Source of the DNA: Spirochaetia bacterium
GTDB taxonomy: Bacteria; Spirochaetota; Spirochaetia; SZUA-6; Bin103
Assembly: GCA_965203905.1 (NCBI GenBank)
Contig: CBDBDQ010000005.1
Coordinates: forward strand, 2,944,001 to 3,008,000
Length of the DNA stretch: 64,000 bases
Direction of reading: 5' to 3'
Positions 28,537 to 37,443 of this stretch are shown one piece after another. A program made the translations under genes and the position numbers. The notes beneath the pieces are model-generated. The model did not search any database and was not told the DNA's origin. It saw only the letters and a program-made list of their open reading frames with translations. Each line of letters begins with the position of its first letter. Position 1 is the stretch's first letter.

Positions 28537-29586
28537 ATGGATGGAGCAGTCCATGTGACCCGAGCCGTGAGAAGCATCGTGTTCAGCGGCGTCGGGCACG
28601 TGATCGCCGAGGAAACTCGGCAGAGATTCGACGTGGGGCCGCAAGACGTCCTGATCGAAACCCACTACTCGTGTATCAGCGCGGGGACCGAGTTGGCCAA
28701 GCTCTCCGGACTGCAGACCATCGGATTCCCGGCGCACATCGGGAACCGGGCCGTCGGCAGGGTCCTGGAAGTGGGAAGCGAGGTGAACGGCGTCCGGCAG
28801 GGGAATCTGGTGTACAGCCACCTGCACCACACGAGCCACAGTCTGGGGGCTCACCTGGTCTGCCGATTGCCCGATGAACTCGACAGGCCTGCGGCAGCCA
28901 CCTTGGGCTTGGCACTCGTGGCCATGACGGGCGTCCAGACCGCCGGTGCCGAGCTCGGTGATACCGCGGTGGTGGTCGGCGCCGGGCTCGTGGGCCAGTT
29001 CGCAGCCCAACTGCTCGAACGCTCCGGCGTGCGTACGATTCTGGTGGATCTGAAGCCGGGACGGCTCGCCGTAGCCCATGCCTGTGGAGTAACTTACACC
29101 GTGGACGCCTCCGCGGACGATTCCATTGCCGCAGTCATGGAGTTGACGGATGGCGAGGGCGCAGAGGTTGTTTTGGAATGTACCGGGGAGCCCGCCGCGG
29201 TCGAGAGGGTTCCTGGACACGCGCGCCGCGGCGGCACCGTGGTCCTGGTTGGCTCTCCACGAGGCCCCTACCGGGGCGATCTTACCGCCTTCCTCCAGCG
29301 GTTTCATCTTTGGAGAGATCACGGAGATCTGACCCTCAAAGGAGCCCATGAGTGGAAGGTCCCGTTGTACTCGGATGGCCACGGCAAGCACAGCATGGAG
29401 CGCAACTGCCGGATCCTTGCTCGGCTCGTGCTCGAGGGAACTCTGCAACTCGACCCACTGGTCTCGCGGGTCTATGACCCCCGGACCCCCTCCGAGGCGT
29501 ATCGAGAACTGCGGGAGAATGGAGAGCAGATTCTCGGGGCCGTGTTCGACTGGAGACCCGGCTGTACTGCAGAAGGCGGTGATTGA
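28537..29586 (+). CDS. MDR (zinc-binding alcohol dehydrogenase-like) oxidoreductase
   Basis: SCISAGTE, AVGRVLEVG, VVGAGLVG, VVLECTG. Lacks the GHE catalytic-zinc motif. Start uncertain (28537 or 28555). Confidence 0.85.
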   Translation: MDGAVHVTRAVRSIVFSGVGHVIAEETRQRFDVGPQDVLIETHYSCISAGTELAKLSGLQTIGFPAHIGNRAVGRVLEVGSEVNGVRQGNLVYSHLHHTSHSLGAHLVCRLPDELDRPAAATLGLALVAMTGVQTAGAELGDTAVVVGAGLVGQFAAQLLERSGVRTILVDLKPGRLAVAHACGVTYTVDASADDSIAAVMELTDGEGAEVVLECTGEPAAVERVPGHARRGGTVVLVGSPRGPYRGDLTAFLQRFHLWRDHGDLTLKGAHEWKVPLYSDGHGKHSMERNCRILARLVLEGTLQLDPLVSRVYDPRTPSEAYRELRENGEQILGAVFDWRPGCTAEGGD

Positions 29587-29742
29587 CGGGCGAAGGAAGA
29601 TCGCCCCGGCCTCAGTAGGGCGCACCTCCCGGCTGGGTGGGCTCCGCTGCGACTCCTGCTACCAGGTGCTGCCGGCACACCCGTCCGAACCATCGTCGTC
29701 TGGTCAGGCCGCGTGCGTCCCTTAGGTCGCGTCGCGGCTTGT

Positions 29743-29771
29743 TTGACAACCCACGGCGGACGCCGTAAGGT
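29743..29771 (+). promoter_or_regulatory. Putative sigma70 promoter of the Dpp-type ABC/glycosidase operon
   Basis: Perfect TTGACA-17 nt-TAAGGT upstream of RBS AAGGAGAGAGGAG and ATG 29837. Confidence 0.6.
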
Positions 29772-29836
29772 ACCCCATTGGGCTGTCCAACGACACGGGA
29801 CCGCATCGAAACCGTTGTATTAAGGAGAGAGGAGAC

Positions 29837-31849
29837 ATGCGCACGTACACGTCACCACTTATCGTGATCGTACTTCTCCAGATTCCGTTGCTGGCCTTCG
29901 CCGGCGCTCAGGAAGAGGAAGCGGGCGCCGCAGCAGAGCAGGCCACCGCGGTCGCCGGGGAAGGCGGCATCATATACCCCACGTTGGCGAACTACGAGGA
30001 GCTTACCGGCAGAACCATCGCCAACTACAATGAAGCCCCGATGCTGCAGGAGTTGGTGGCCGCGGGCGAGCTGCCGCCCGTGGAACAGCGTCTTCCGGAC
30101 GAAGTGCTGGTTGTCGAGCCGTTCTCTGAGATCGGCAAGTACGGCGGCACGCTGCGTCTCGGAGACATGACCACGGTGGCGGTGGACGCCGGAGGTTTGC
30201 GCCGACGCGGGCTATTCTGGTCGTATATGAACGGCTCCGAGTCGGTTCCCAACATGGCCACCGGGTACGAGTGGTCCGATGACGTGAAGACCATAACGAT
30301 ATTTCTGCGGCCGGGCCACAAGTGGTCTGACGGTGAGCCATTCACCACCGAGGACGTCAGGTTCTTTTTCGAAGATGTGCTGATGAACTCGGAGTTGACG
30401 CCTATTATCCCCCCACGATGGTCGCCTGAGGGAAAGCCGGTCAAGTTCATCAACGTCGACTCCCACACGTTTCGCCTCCAGTACCAGGTGCCGTACCCGA
30501 GGATATTCGACGTCTTCCAGCGAGGCACCTTTGGCGGCCAGAACTTCGTCCATGCGCCGATGCATGCCTTGGCGAAGTACCATCTCGGCCACAATTCGAA
30601 GGCCGCGGAACTGGCCACGGAAGAAGGCTTCGAGAACTGGATACAGCTGTACCGGAACCATGCCAGAAAGGGATGGTCATGGGATGAGGATCCGGAGATT
30701 CCCGTGCTCGCCGAGTGGGCCGCAGTCAGCGTCAGCACGGAACTGAAGGTGATGCAGCGAAACCCGTTCTTCCACTGGGTAGACACCGCGGGTAATCAGC
30801 TTCCGTACATCGACAGGATCGAAGATGTTCTGACCCGAGACAACGAGGTGCACAATCTGAGGATCATGTCGGGGGACATTGATCTGGCGGGATTCAGCAC
30901 CCATCCGGAAGACTTCCCGTTGCTGAAGGCTAACGAGGCGGAGGGCAACTACCGAGTAGAGTTGGCCCGCACGCTGCGTGGATCTGAAGCTGCCTTTTTT
31001 CCCAACCTGACGGCCAAGGATACGGTGCTGCGCGAGACCTTTCAAGATGTCCGGTTTCGCCGCGCGCTGTCTCTGGCCATCAACCGAGATGAGCTTAACG
31101 AGCTCGTGTATTTTGGACGAGCAGTTCCGCGACAGGCGGCGCTGCTTCCCGAGGTGAGTTACTACAAGGAGGAGTGGGGCACGGCCTACGCTCAGTATGA
31201 TCCGGAGGAAGCCAGGCGACTTCTGGATGAGATGGGACTCAAGACGGATGACGAAGGAGTCCTCCTGCGTCCCGACGGTACCAAGCTGAGCGCCGTGATA
31301 AATGTTGCCGTTACGGAAGGTTCCCAGGTAAAGGTGGCGGAGCTGGTAAGCCAGTACTGGGCGGAGATCGGATTCACCACGGTGGTAAAGCCGACGTCCA
31401 ATCCCGTGCTGCATCAATTGGTGGAGTCCAATGAGAGCGATATCACCGTGTTCCACCTCGATCGTGCTGGCGAATCGTTCGGTGCTCGCGGGAATCCCTA
31501 CTGGTCCTATCCCGGCGACTCCCAGTTCTGGACCGCATGGCCGTGGACCGTCTGGTTCAAGACTCACGGCGAGGCCGGCGAGGAACCACCGGAGAGTTGG
31601 AAGGCATGGATGAAGGACTGGGACGCCTGGTTCCAGACCGAGACCGGAAGCCCCGAGTACATGGAATTGGCCCACAAGGTGTATGACTTCGTGTCCAGCG
31701 AGCTGTTTGCAATCGGCACGGTTGGCATGTCCCCGTGGGTAATCGTCTACAACGAGGACCTGCGCAACACGCCTCCGTTTGCCACCTGGAGCTCGGATGT
31801 GGACTTCTGGGGTGCCTACATGCCGGCTCAGTTCTATTTCGATCGCTAG
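29837..31849 (+). CDS. ABC transporter substrate-binding protein, family 5 (Dpp/Opp-like)
   Basis: EAPML..LV..GELPPVEQRLP, GKYGG, KWSDGEPFTTEDV, GNQLPYID, RFRRALSLAINR. Confidence 0.92.
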   Translation: MRTYTSPLIVIVLLQIPLLAFAGAQEEEAGAAAEQATAVAGEGGIIYPTLANYEELTGRTIANYNEAPMLQELVAAGELPPVEQRLPDEVLVVEPFSEIGKYGGTLRLGDMTTVAVDAGGLRRRGLFWSYMNGSESVPNMATGYEWSDDVKTITIFLRPGHKWSDGEPFTTEDVRFFFEDVLMNSELTPIIPPRWSPEGKPVKFINVDSHTFRLQYQVPYPRIFDVFQRGTFGGQNFVHAPMHALAKYHLGHNSKAAELATEEGFENWIQLYRNHARKGWSWDEDPEIPVLAEWAAVSVSTELKVMQRNPFFHWVDTAGNQLPYIDRIEDVLTRDNEVHNLRIMSGDIDLAGFSTHPEDFPLLKANEAEGNYRVELARTLRGSEAAFFPNLTAKDTVLRETFQDVRFRRALSLAINRDELNELVYFGRAVPRQAALLPEVSYYKEEWGTAYAQYDPEEARRLLDEMGLKTDDEGVLLRPDGTKLSAVINVAVTEGSQVKVAELVSQYWAEIGFTTVVKPTSNPVLHQLVESNESDITVFHLDRAGESFGARGNPYWSYPGDSQFWTAWPWTVWFKTHGEAGEEPPESWKAWMKDWDAWFQTETGSPEYMELAHKVYDFVSSELFAIGTVGMSPWVIVYNEDLRNTPPFATWSSDVDFWGAYMPAQFYFDR

Positions 31850-31858
31850 TGTGCTTGA

Positions 31859-31888
31859 GAGATCCCCCTGACCGGCCAGGGGGGTCTC
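31859..31888 (+). terminator. Intercistronic stem-loop after the SBP gene
   Basis: GAGATCCCCCTG-ACCGGC-CAGGGGGGTCTC, a 12-bp stem with one G-U pair and no U-tract; probably mRNA-stabilising. Confidence 0.55.
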
Positions 31889-31925
31889 CTCAGTGTGCCG
31901 ATCGTCCTGCCAATCAGGGAGCAGC

Positions 31926-32909
31926 ATGACCGCCTATCTCGCGCGCCGATGCGCCTACATGATCGTCTCACTGTGGATCATGTCGATCCTTGCCTTCATT
32001 GTGATTCAGCTCCCTCCGGGCGATTGGCTGACCCACCACATACAACAGCTCCAGCTCACCGGGGGGACCGGCGATGAGGCCTTGGCAGCGACCTTGAGAA
32101 AGCAGTATGGGTTGGACCAGCCGCTGCACCGGCAGTACCTCAAGTGGGTCGGAGGATTCCCCCGCGGCGACTTCGGAATGTCCTTTTCCTGGCAAAAAAC
32201 GGTAACGGAAGTGATCGGAGAACGCCTCGCTTTGACCGTCATCATCTCCCTGAGCACGCTCCTTCTCACGTACATTCTGGCGATCCCAATAGGGATCTAC
32301 TCCGCCACTCATCAGTATTCGTTCGGAGACTATACGTTCACCGTGATGGGATTCGCCGGGTTGGCCATTCCAAATTTCATGCTGGCGCTCATCATCATGT
32401 ACTTCCTGTTCAAGTATTTCGGTCTGAGTGTCGGCGGATTGTTCTCTCCGGAGTTCATCGATGCACCCTGGAGCATGGCCAGGGTGGGCAACCTTCTGTC
32501 CCATATTTGGGCTCCGTTGATCGTCGTTGGAACCGCCGGTACGGCTGAGCTAATTCGCGTGATGCGAGCCGTGCTGCTGGACGAGTTGCGCAAGCAATAC
32601 GTGATTACCGCACGCTCCAAGGGACTGGCGGAGAGCCGACTCCTGTTCCGATATCCGGTACGAATAGCGTTGAATCCGATTGTGAGCACGGTCGGCTGGC
32701 AGCTTCCCCGGATTGTCTCGGGGGCCACCATCACCGCCGTCGTGCTGGCTCTTCCGACCATCGGGCCGCTGCTTCTGGGAGCACTGATGGAGCAGGACAT
32801 GTTTCTGGCCGGGACCATGGTGCTGTTCTTGGGGAGCCTTACCCTGATAGGGACGTTCTTGTCCGACATCCTGCTGGTGATTGTAGATCCCCGTATCCGC
32901 TATGAATGA
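31926..32909 (+). CDS. DppB-like ABC permease
   Basis: IQLPPGD, YGLDQP, GDFGMS, YVITARSKGL, DPRIRY. Confidence 0.93.
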   Translation: MTAYLARRCAYMIVSLWIMSILAFIVIQLPPGDWLTHHIQQLQLTGGTGDEALAATLRKQYGLDQPLHRQYLKWVGGFPRGDFGMSFSWQKTVTEVIGERLALTVIISLSTLLLTYILAIPIGIYSATHQYSFGDYTFTVMGFAGLAIPNFMLALIIMYFLFKYFGLSVGGLFSPEFIDAPWSMARVGNLLSHIWAPLIVVGTAGTAELIRVMRAVLLDELRKQYVITARSKGLAESRLLFRYPVRIALNPIVSTVGWQLPRIVSGATITAVVLALPTIGPLLLGALMEQDMFLAGTMVLFLGSLTLIGTFLSDILLVIVDPRIRYE

Positions 32910-32942
32910 GATCACGCGCGCCGTTGTGGCACAAGGATCCCC

Positions 32943-34058
32943 GTGCTGAGGCTTCCGAAGCTTTCCACAACATCCAACGAAGAGGCCTACTTCATCGCCT
33001 CGCAGTGGCAGTTGGCGATGCGCAAGTTGACCAAGCACAAGCTGGCGATAGCTGCTGGTGTGGTGCTTCTCGTGCTCTACGTTCTGGGTGGGCTGTGCGA
33101 GTTTCTATCACCTTATATTGTGCGCACCAGAAACGCGGATTATCAATTCAGCCCGCCTCAGAGCATACACTTCTTTCACCAAGGCAAGTTTCACCCGAGA
33201 CCATTCGTGTACGGGCTCAAGCAGACTCTGGATGACGCCACGTGGGAGCGAATCTACGAACCGGACAAGAGTGAAATAAACCCGATCTACTTCTTCGTAC
33301 GGGGCGATCCATACAAGATGTGGAACCTGTTCCGGACCGATATCCATCTGTTTGGCGTGAAGCGTGGGGTGATCTTCCTGTTCGGTACCGACAGCCTGGG
33401 CAGGGACCTTCTCTCGCTCACCTTGTACGCGGCTCGAACCTCGCTGTCAATCGGTCTGGTTGGGGTGCTGATCAGTTTCCTCCTGGGAGCCACGCTGGGC
33501 GGAATCTCGGGCTACTACGGCGGCAGAACTGACATGGTCATCCAGCGGGTGATAGAGTTCATCATATCGATACCTACGATTCCCTTTTGGATGGCGTTAA
33601 GCACGGCGCTACCCAAGGATTGGCCGGTGATCAGGGTATACTTTGGGATCACCATCATTCTTTCTCTGTTCGGCTGGAGTGGACTGGCGCGCGTAGTACG
33701 AGGCAAGATCCTGGAGCTGCGTGGGGACGACTACGTCCTGGCCGCCAAGGTGGCCGGAAAGTCAGAGGCGGGAATCATCCGACAGCATCTCCTCCCGGGG
33801 TTCGTGAGCTACCTTATTGTCCACCTGACTCTGGCCATACCGTACATGATCTTGGCCGAGACCTCTCTGAGTTTCCTCGGGTTGGGGCTCCGTTTTCCCG
33901 CCGTGAGCTGGGGAGTCTTGATGAGTGAAGCACAGAATGTGCGCAGCATCGCGTTGCGACCGTGGCTTATGATACCGGGTGTATTCGTGATCGTTACGGT
34001 GCTGTCGTTCAATTTCCTTGGAGACGGGTTGCGCGATGCCGCTGATCCTTATCGGTGA
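32943..34058 (+). CDS. DppC-like ABC permease
   Basis: FGTDSLGRD, ARVVRG, AETSLSFLGLG, NFLGDGLRDAADPY. Confidence 0.93.
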   Translation: MLRLPKLSTTSNEEAYFIASQWQLAMRKLTKHKLAIAAGVVLLVLYVLGGLCEFLSPYIVRTRNADYQFSPPQSIHFFHQGKFHPRPFVYGLKQTLDDATWERIYEPDKSEINPIYFFVRGDPYKMWNLFRTDIHLFGVKRGVIFLFGTDSLGRDLLSLTLYAARTSLSIGLVGVLISFLLGATLGGISGYYGGRTDMVIQRVIEFIISIPTIPFWMALSTALPKDWPVIRVYFGITIILSLFGWSGLARVVRGKILELRGDDYVLAAKVAGKSEAGIIRQHLLPGFVSYLIVHLTLAIPYMILAETSLSFLGLGLRFPAVSWGVLMSEAQNVRSIALRPWLMIPGVFVIVTVLSFNFLGDGLRDAADPYR

Positions 34059-34153
34059 GTTGTTGCGCATTGGCAAGTAGTGACGACCCGCGCCCGGAAA
34101 AAGCCGCGGTCCGGGTCGAGGTAGCGACGCGAGCAGGAGTTCTGTGAACCACT

Positions 34154-36277
34154 ATGATCGACGCCCTAGCTGATATCGAGACCGGTCTCGAAGAGATCTC
34201 GGATGTTCCTTTTCCGGTTGGCGTGGAGTACTACCGCGCTCCGACGCCGCGCCAGGATGTGTGGGATGATGATCTCCGCAGAGTGCGGGCGGCGGGTTTC
34301 CGGATCATCCGCAGCCACTCCTACTGGAACTGGATGGAACCCCGGCCGGGGATCTACGAGCTTGATGATTTTGATCGCATGTTCGACCTCGGAGAGAAGC
34401 ACGGTCTGTATATCTGGCTGGACATGATGCTGGCCACGCACGGGGCCTGCCCGGAGTGGCTGACGCGCGAGCACCAGGATCTGCGGGTCGTCAATTACCG
34501 AGGCGAGAGAGTGGCACCTCACGCCGGCAAGGCCTATCCGCAGGGAGGCGTGATTCACTGCTACGACCATCCTGCCTGGCGTGAGTATGGAGGCGGGTTG
34601 ATTCGTCACGTGGTCAATCGCTACAAGGACCGGAACAACTTACTGATCTGGGGACTGTGGGACGCTATCAGGATGCCGTCCGAGTGGTCCGACATGAGCC
34701 GCGGCTTTCCCTGCTACTGTGACTACACGCTTGCCCGTTACGCGGCGTGGCTGCGCAGGAAGTTCACCCTGGAGGAGCTCAACGAGCGGTTCCAGAGACG
34801 GTACCGGCGCTGGGAGGACGTGCAACCGCCGCGTTCCTATCACAGCGTAGTGGAGATGCTGCTTTACCGCCGCTTTCACTTCGAAAATCTTGAGGATCAC
34901 CTACGCTGGATGGTTGGCGAGGTAAAGCGGATCGACTCCCGGCACGAGGTGCGAGCGCATGGGATGTGGTACCCGTCGCCTTGGGACGAGCAGTGTGCCC
35001 GGCATGTCGACAGTTGGGGCATGTCGATGCCTTCCAACGACCTGCTGACCTCGCGCGAGCCCACGGCGATAGCCGATCGCTCGTTCATCATGGACTGGGC
35101 ACGCAGCATCGGCCGTGGCGGACGCTGGTGGAATGAAGAGATCTATGCGGGCATGCATCCGGGAGGATCGGTGTGGAAGAAACAATCCGACCCGCGTGAA
35201 ACAACGGCCCTGCTCTGGCTGTCGTTGATAAACGGCGCGGCGGGAGCGATGTACTGGCAGTACCGCCCGGAATACCTGAGTTTCGAATCGCCCGGGTACA
35301 ATCTGGTATCCTACGACGGCCAGCCGAATTCGCGGTTTCATGCTACCACCCGCGCCATCAAGCAGATCGCGGACCTGCGAGACCATCTTCCACTCCAGCG
35401 GCCCCCGGGGCAGGTCGCGCTCGTGTACCATGGGCCTTCCCACGAGATCTTCACCTATGATGGCGAGAATGAGCGCTTCGTCACCGATCTGCGCGGCACC
35501 TATCGTACCCTGTGGAAGCAGGGGATAGCGGTTGATATCGTTTCTCCTTCCATGGACTGGTCAGACTACCGAATGGTGCTGCTTCCCAACGTCGCGCTGA
35601 TGGACGAGTCGACGCGAGCCAGGATTCTGCAAACCTGGGAAACCAGTCCGAACACGTGGCTGGTTGCCGAAGGCAACTTCGCCACGTACTCGCAGGATGG
35701 ACAGTCGAGCTACCGTCCACCCGAGGGCTTGGCCGAGCTGCTGGGCGTACGGGTGGCCGATTGCTCAGCGGTGACTGAGTTTGACATCGAGCGTGGAGAG
35801 AACGTCTTGCACACCGAGTACGGCGAGGCCACGGCGACCGCCTCCTTCCCGTACGCGGTTCTTGAGCCGTCCGGTACTACCGAGACCATTGCGCGCTATG
35901 GTGATGAATCAGTCGGCATCCGCAGCTCCGACAGGCGGTTCATCTGGTTGGGATTTACCCTCACCGCGGGCTTCGGCGAGACCGCCAGTCCGGCTCTGCT
36001 GTCAGGACTGCTGACTGAACTTGGGATCCACCCGGAGGCGGCGGCCAGCCATCCACAGGTCGTGCCCCTGACGCGCCGATCAAAGACCGGCGACAGGATT
36101 GTGTTTCTGATCAATCTCGCAAGGATGGAGGTCACGACAACCATAGCGTTCTCGTCCGCTGGGAGCGTAGGTCGGGTCCACGATCTGATTGCAGGCGGGG
36201 AACTATCCATGTCCCAGGGGGAGGTCGAGGTCACGCTGCCGGCATGGGAGGTCGGTGTTCTTCACTGTCGCGATTAG
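34154..36277 (+). CDS. GH42 beta-galactosidase-like glycoside hydrolase
   Basis: GVEYY..W..DL..AGF, W.WMEPRPG.Y..FDR, CPEWL, CYC, YWQYR and a trimerisation-like domain. Confidence 0.85.
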   Translation: MIDALADIETGLEEISDVPFPVGVEYYRAPTPRQDVWDDDLRRVRAAGFRIIRSHSYWNWMEPRPGIYELDDFDRMFDLGEKHGLYIWLDMMLATHGACPEWLTREHQDLRVVNYRGERVAPHAGKAYPQGGVIHCYDHPAWREYGGGLIRHVVNRYKDRNNLLIWGLWDAIRMPSEWSDMSRGFPCYCDYTLARYAAWLRRKFTLEELNERFQRRYRRWEDVQPPRSYHSVVEMLLYRRFHFENLEDHLRWMVGEVKRIDSRHEVRAHGMWYPSPWDEQCARHVDSWGMSMPSNDLLTSREPTAIADRSFIMDWARSIGRGGRWWNEEIYAGMHPGGSVWKKQSDPRETTALLWLSLINGAAGAMYWQYRPEYLSFESPGYNLVSYDGQPNSRFHATTRAIKQIADLRDHLPLQRPPGQVALVYHGPSHEIFTYDGENERFVTDLRGTYRTLWKQGIAVDIVSPSMDWSDYRMVLLPNVALMDESTRARILQTWETSPNTWLVAEGNFATYSQDGQSSYRPPEGLAELLGVRVADCSAVTEFDIERGENVLHTEYGEATATASFPYAVLEPSGTTETIARYGDESVGIRSSDRRFIWLGFTLTAGFGETASPALLSGLLTELGIHPEAAASHPQVVPLTRRSKTGDRIVFLINLARMEVTTTIAFSSAGSVGRVHDLIAGGELSMSQGEVEVTLPAWEVGVLHCRD

Positions 36278-36315
36278 CATCGGACAGTTCACGCCACGTC
36301 GCCGGGGAGGCTTCA

Positions 36316-37443
36316 TTGGACGATAAGCTGGACAGCTCGGCAGCGGCGCTGGAACAGTGGGGCGCGCGGCGCAACCGGATGCTGGACACCTACTTTCGTG
36401 GCGCGCTGCGCGAACGCTACCTGCAGCAGCGGGCGGCCGCCGCTCTGGACACGAGCTCTCTCGACCGCTACCGCGCCGCTGCCGATGCGCTGCGCACGCG
36501 GCTGATCGACGAAGGACTCGGCGGCTGGCCCGCCCGCCCGGCGACGATCAGCGCGCGGGAGACGCAGATTGCCGAACTGGAGCCGGGGAATCTGTACCGC
36601 GTGCACGTCGAGGTGCTGCCGGAAGTGGAGATGATGGCGTTGCTGCTGGTGCCGCATGCGGCGGCCACCCGCGCTGTGCCGGCGGTGATCTGCCAGCATG
36701 GTTACGGCGGCTCACCGGAGTGGGCCATGGGGTTCGGCACGCCCGGCGCGAGCAACTACATGAATGGCTGTGGGCACCGGCTCGCCGCGGCCGGCTACGT
36801 CGTGCTGGCGCCGCACATCGTGTGCAGTCCGCCGGGTGTCGGCGAGGACCGCGTCCGGCTCGACCGGCTGGCGCGCATGAGCGGCCGCAGCCTGTTGGGT
36901 TTCGAGATGTTCGAGCTGTCGCGCATGGTCGACTATCTGCAGACCAGAACCGAGGTGCTGCCGGAGCGCATCGGCATGTACGGCATCTCCCAGGGGGGTA
37001 TGTCCACCCTCTTCGCCGCGGCATGCGATTCCAGAATCCGGGCGGCGGTGTGCTCCTGCTACTTCAATGACCGGTGGCGCAAGATGTTCGAGCCCGAGCA
37101 CCTGCGGCGGAGGGGTGAGGAGGAAGGCCTCGACTACGGCGCCTACCTGCACAGCACCGAGGACGATAAGTTCAATCCTTGGGCGGCGCCGCTGTGGCCG
37201 GACAGCGTACTGGCCTCGCTGATCTGTCCGCGCCCCTTCATGGCCGAGGTCGGTCGCTACGATTCGGTAATCGACTGGCGCGATGCGGTAGCGGAGTTCG
37301 ACCGCGTGCGGCAGATCTACGGCCAACTCGGCGTGGCCGAGCGCGCCGAGCTCAGCGTCGGCGAGTGGGGCGGCCACGAGATGTTCTACGATGGCCCGAA
37401 GCGGTTCCTGGACCGTTGGCTCAGGTCCGAGCTGGACGATTGA
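36316..37443 (+). CDS. Alpha/beta hydrolase (dienelactone hydrolase/acetylxylan esterase-like)
   Basis: TTG after GGGGAGG; PAVICQHG, GISQGG nucleophile elbow, ICPRP, GGHE. Confidence 0.85.
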   Translation: MDDKLDSSAAALEQWGARRNRMLDTYFRGALRERYLQQRAAAALDTSSLDRYRAAADALRTRLIDEGLGGWPARPATISARETQIAELEPGNLYRVHVEVLPEVEMMALLLVPHAAATRAVPAVICQHGYGGSPEWAMGFGTPGASNYMNGCGHRLAAAGYVVLAPHIVCSPPGVGEDRVRLDRLARMSGRSLLGFEMFELSRMVDYLQTRTEVLPERIGMYGISQGGMSTLFAAACDSRIRAAVCSCYFNDRWRKMFEPEHLRRRGEEEGLDYGAYLHSTEDDKFNPWAAPLWPDSVLASLICPRPFMAEVGRYDSVIDWRDAVAEFDRVRQIYGQLGVAERAELSVGEWGGHEMFYDGPKRFLDRWLRSELDD

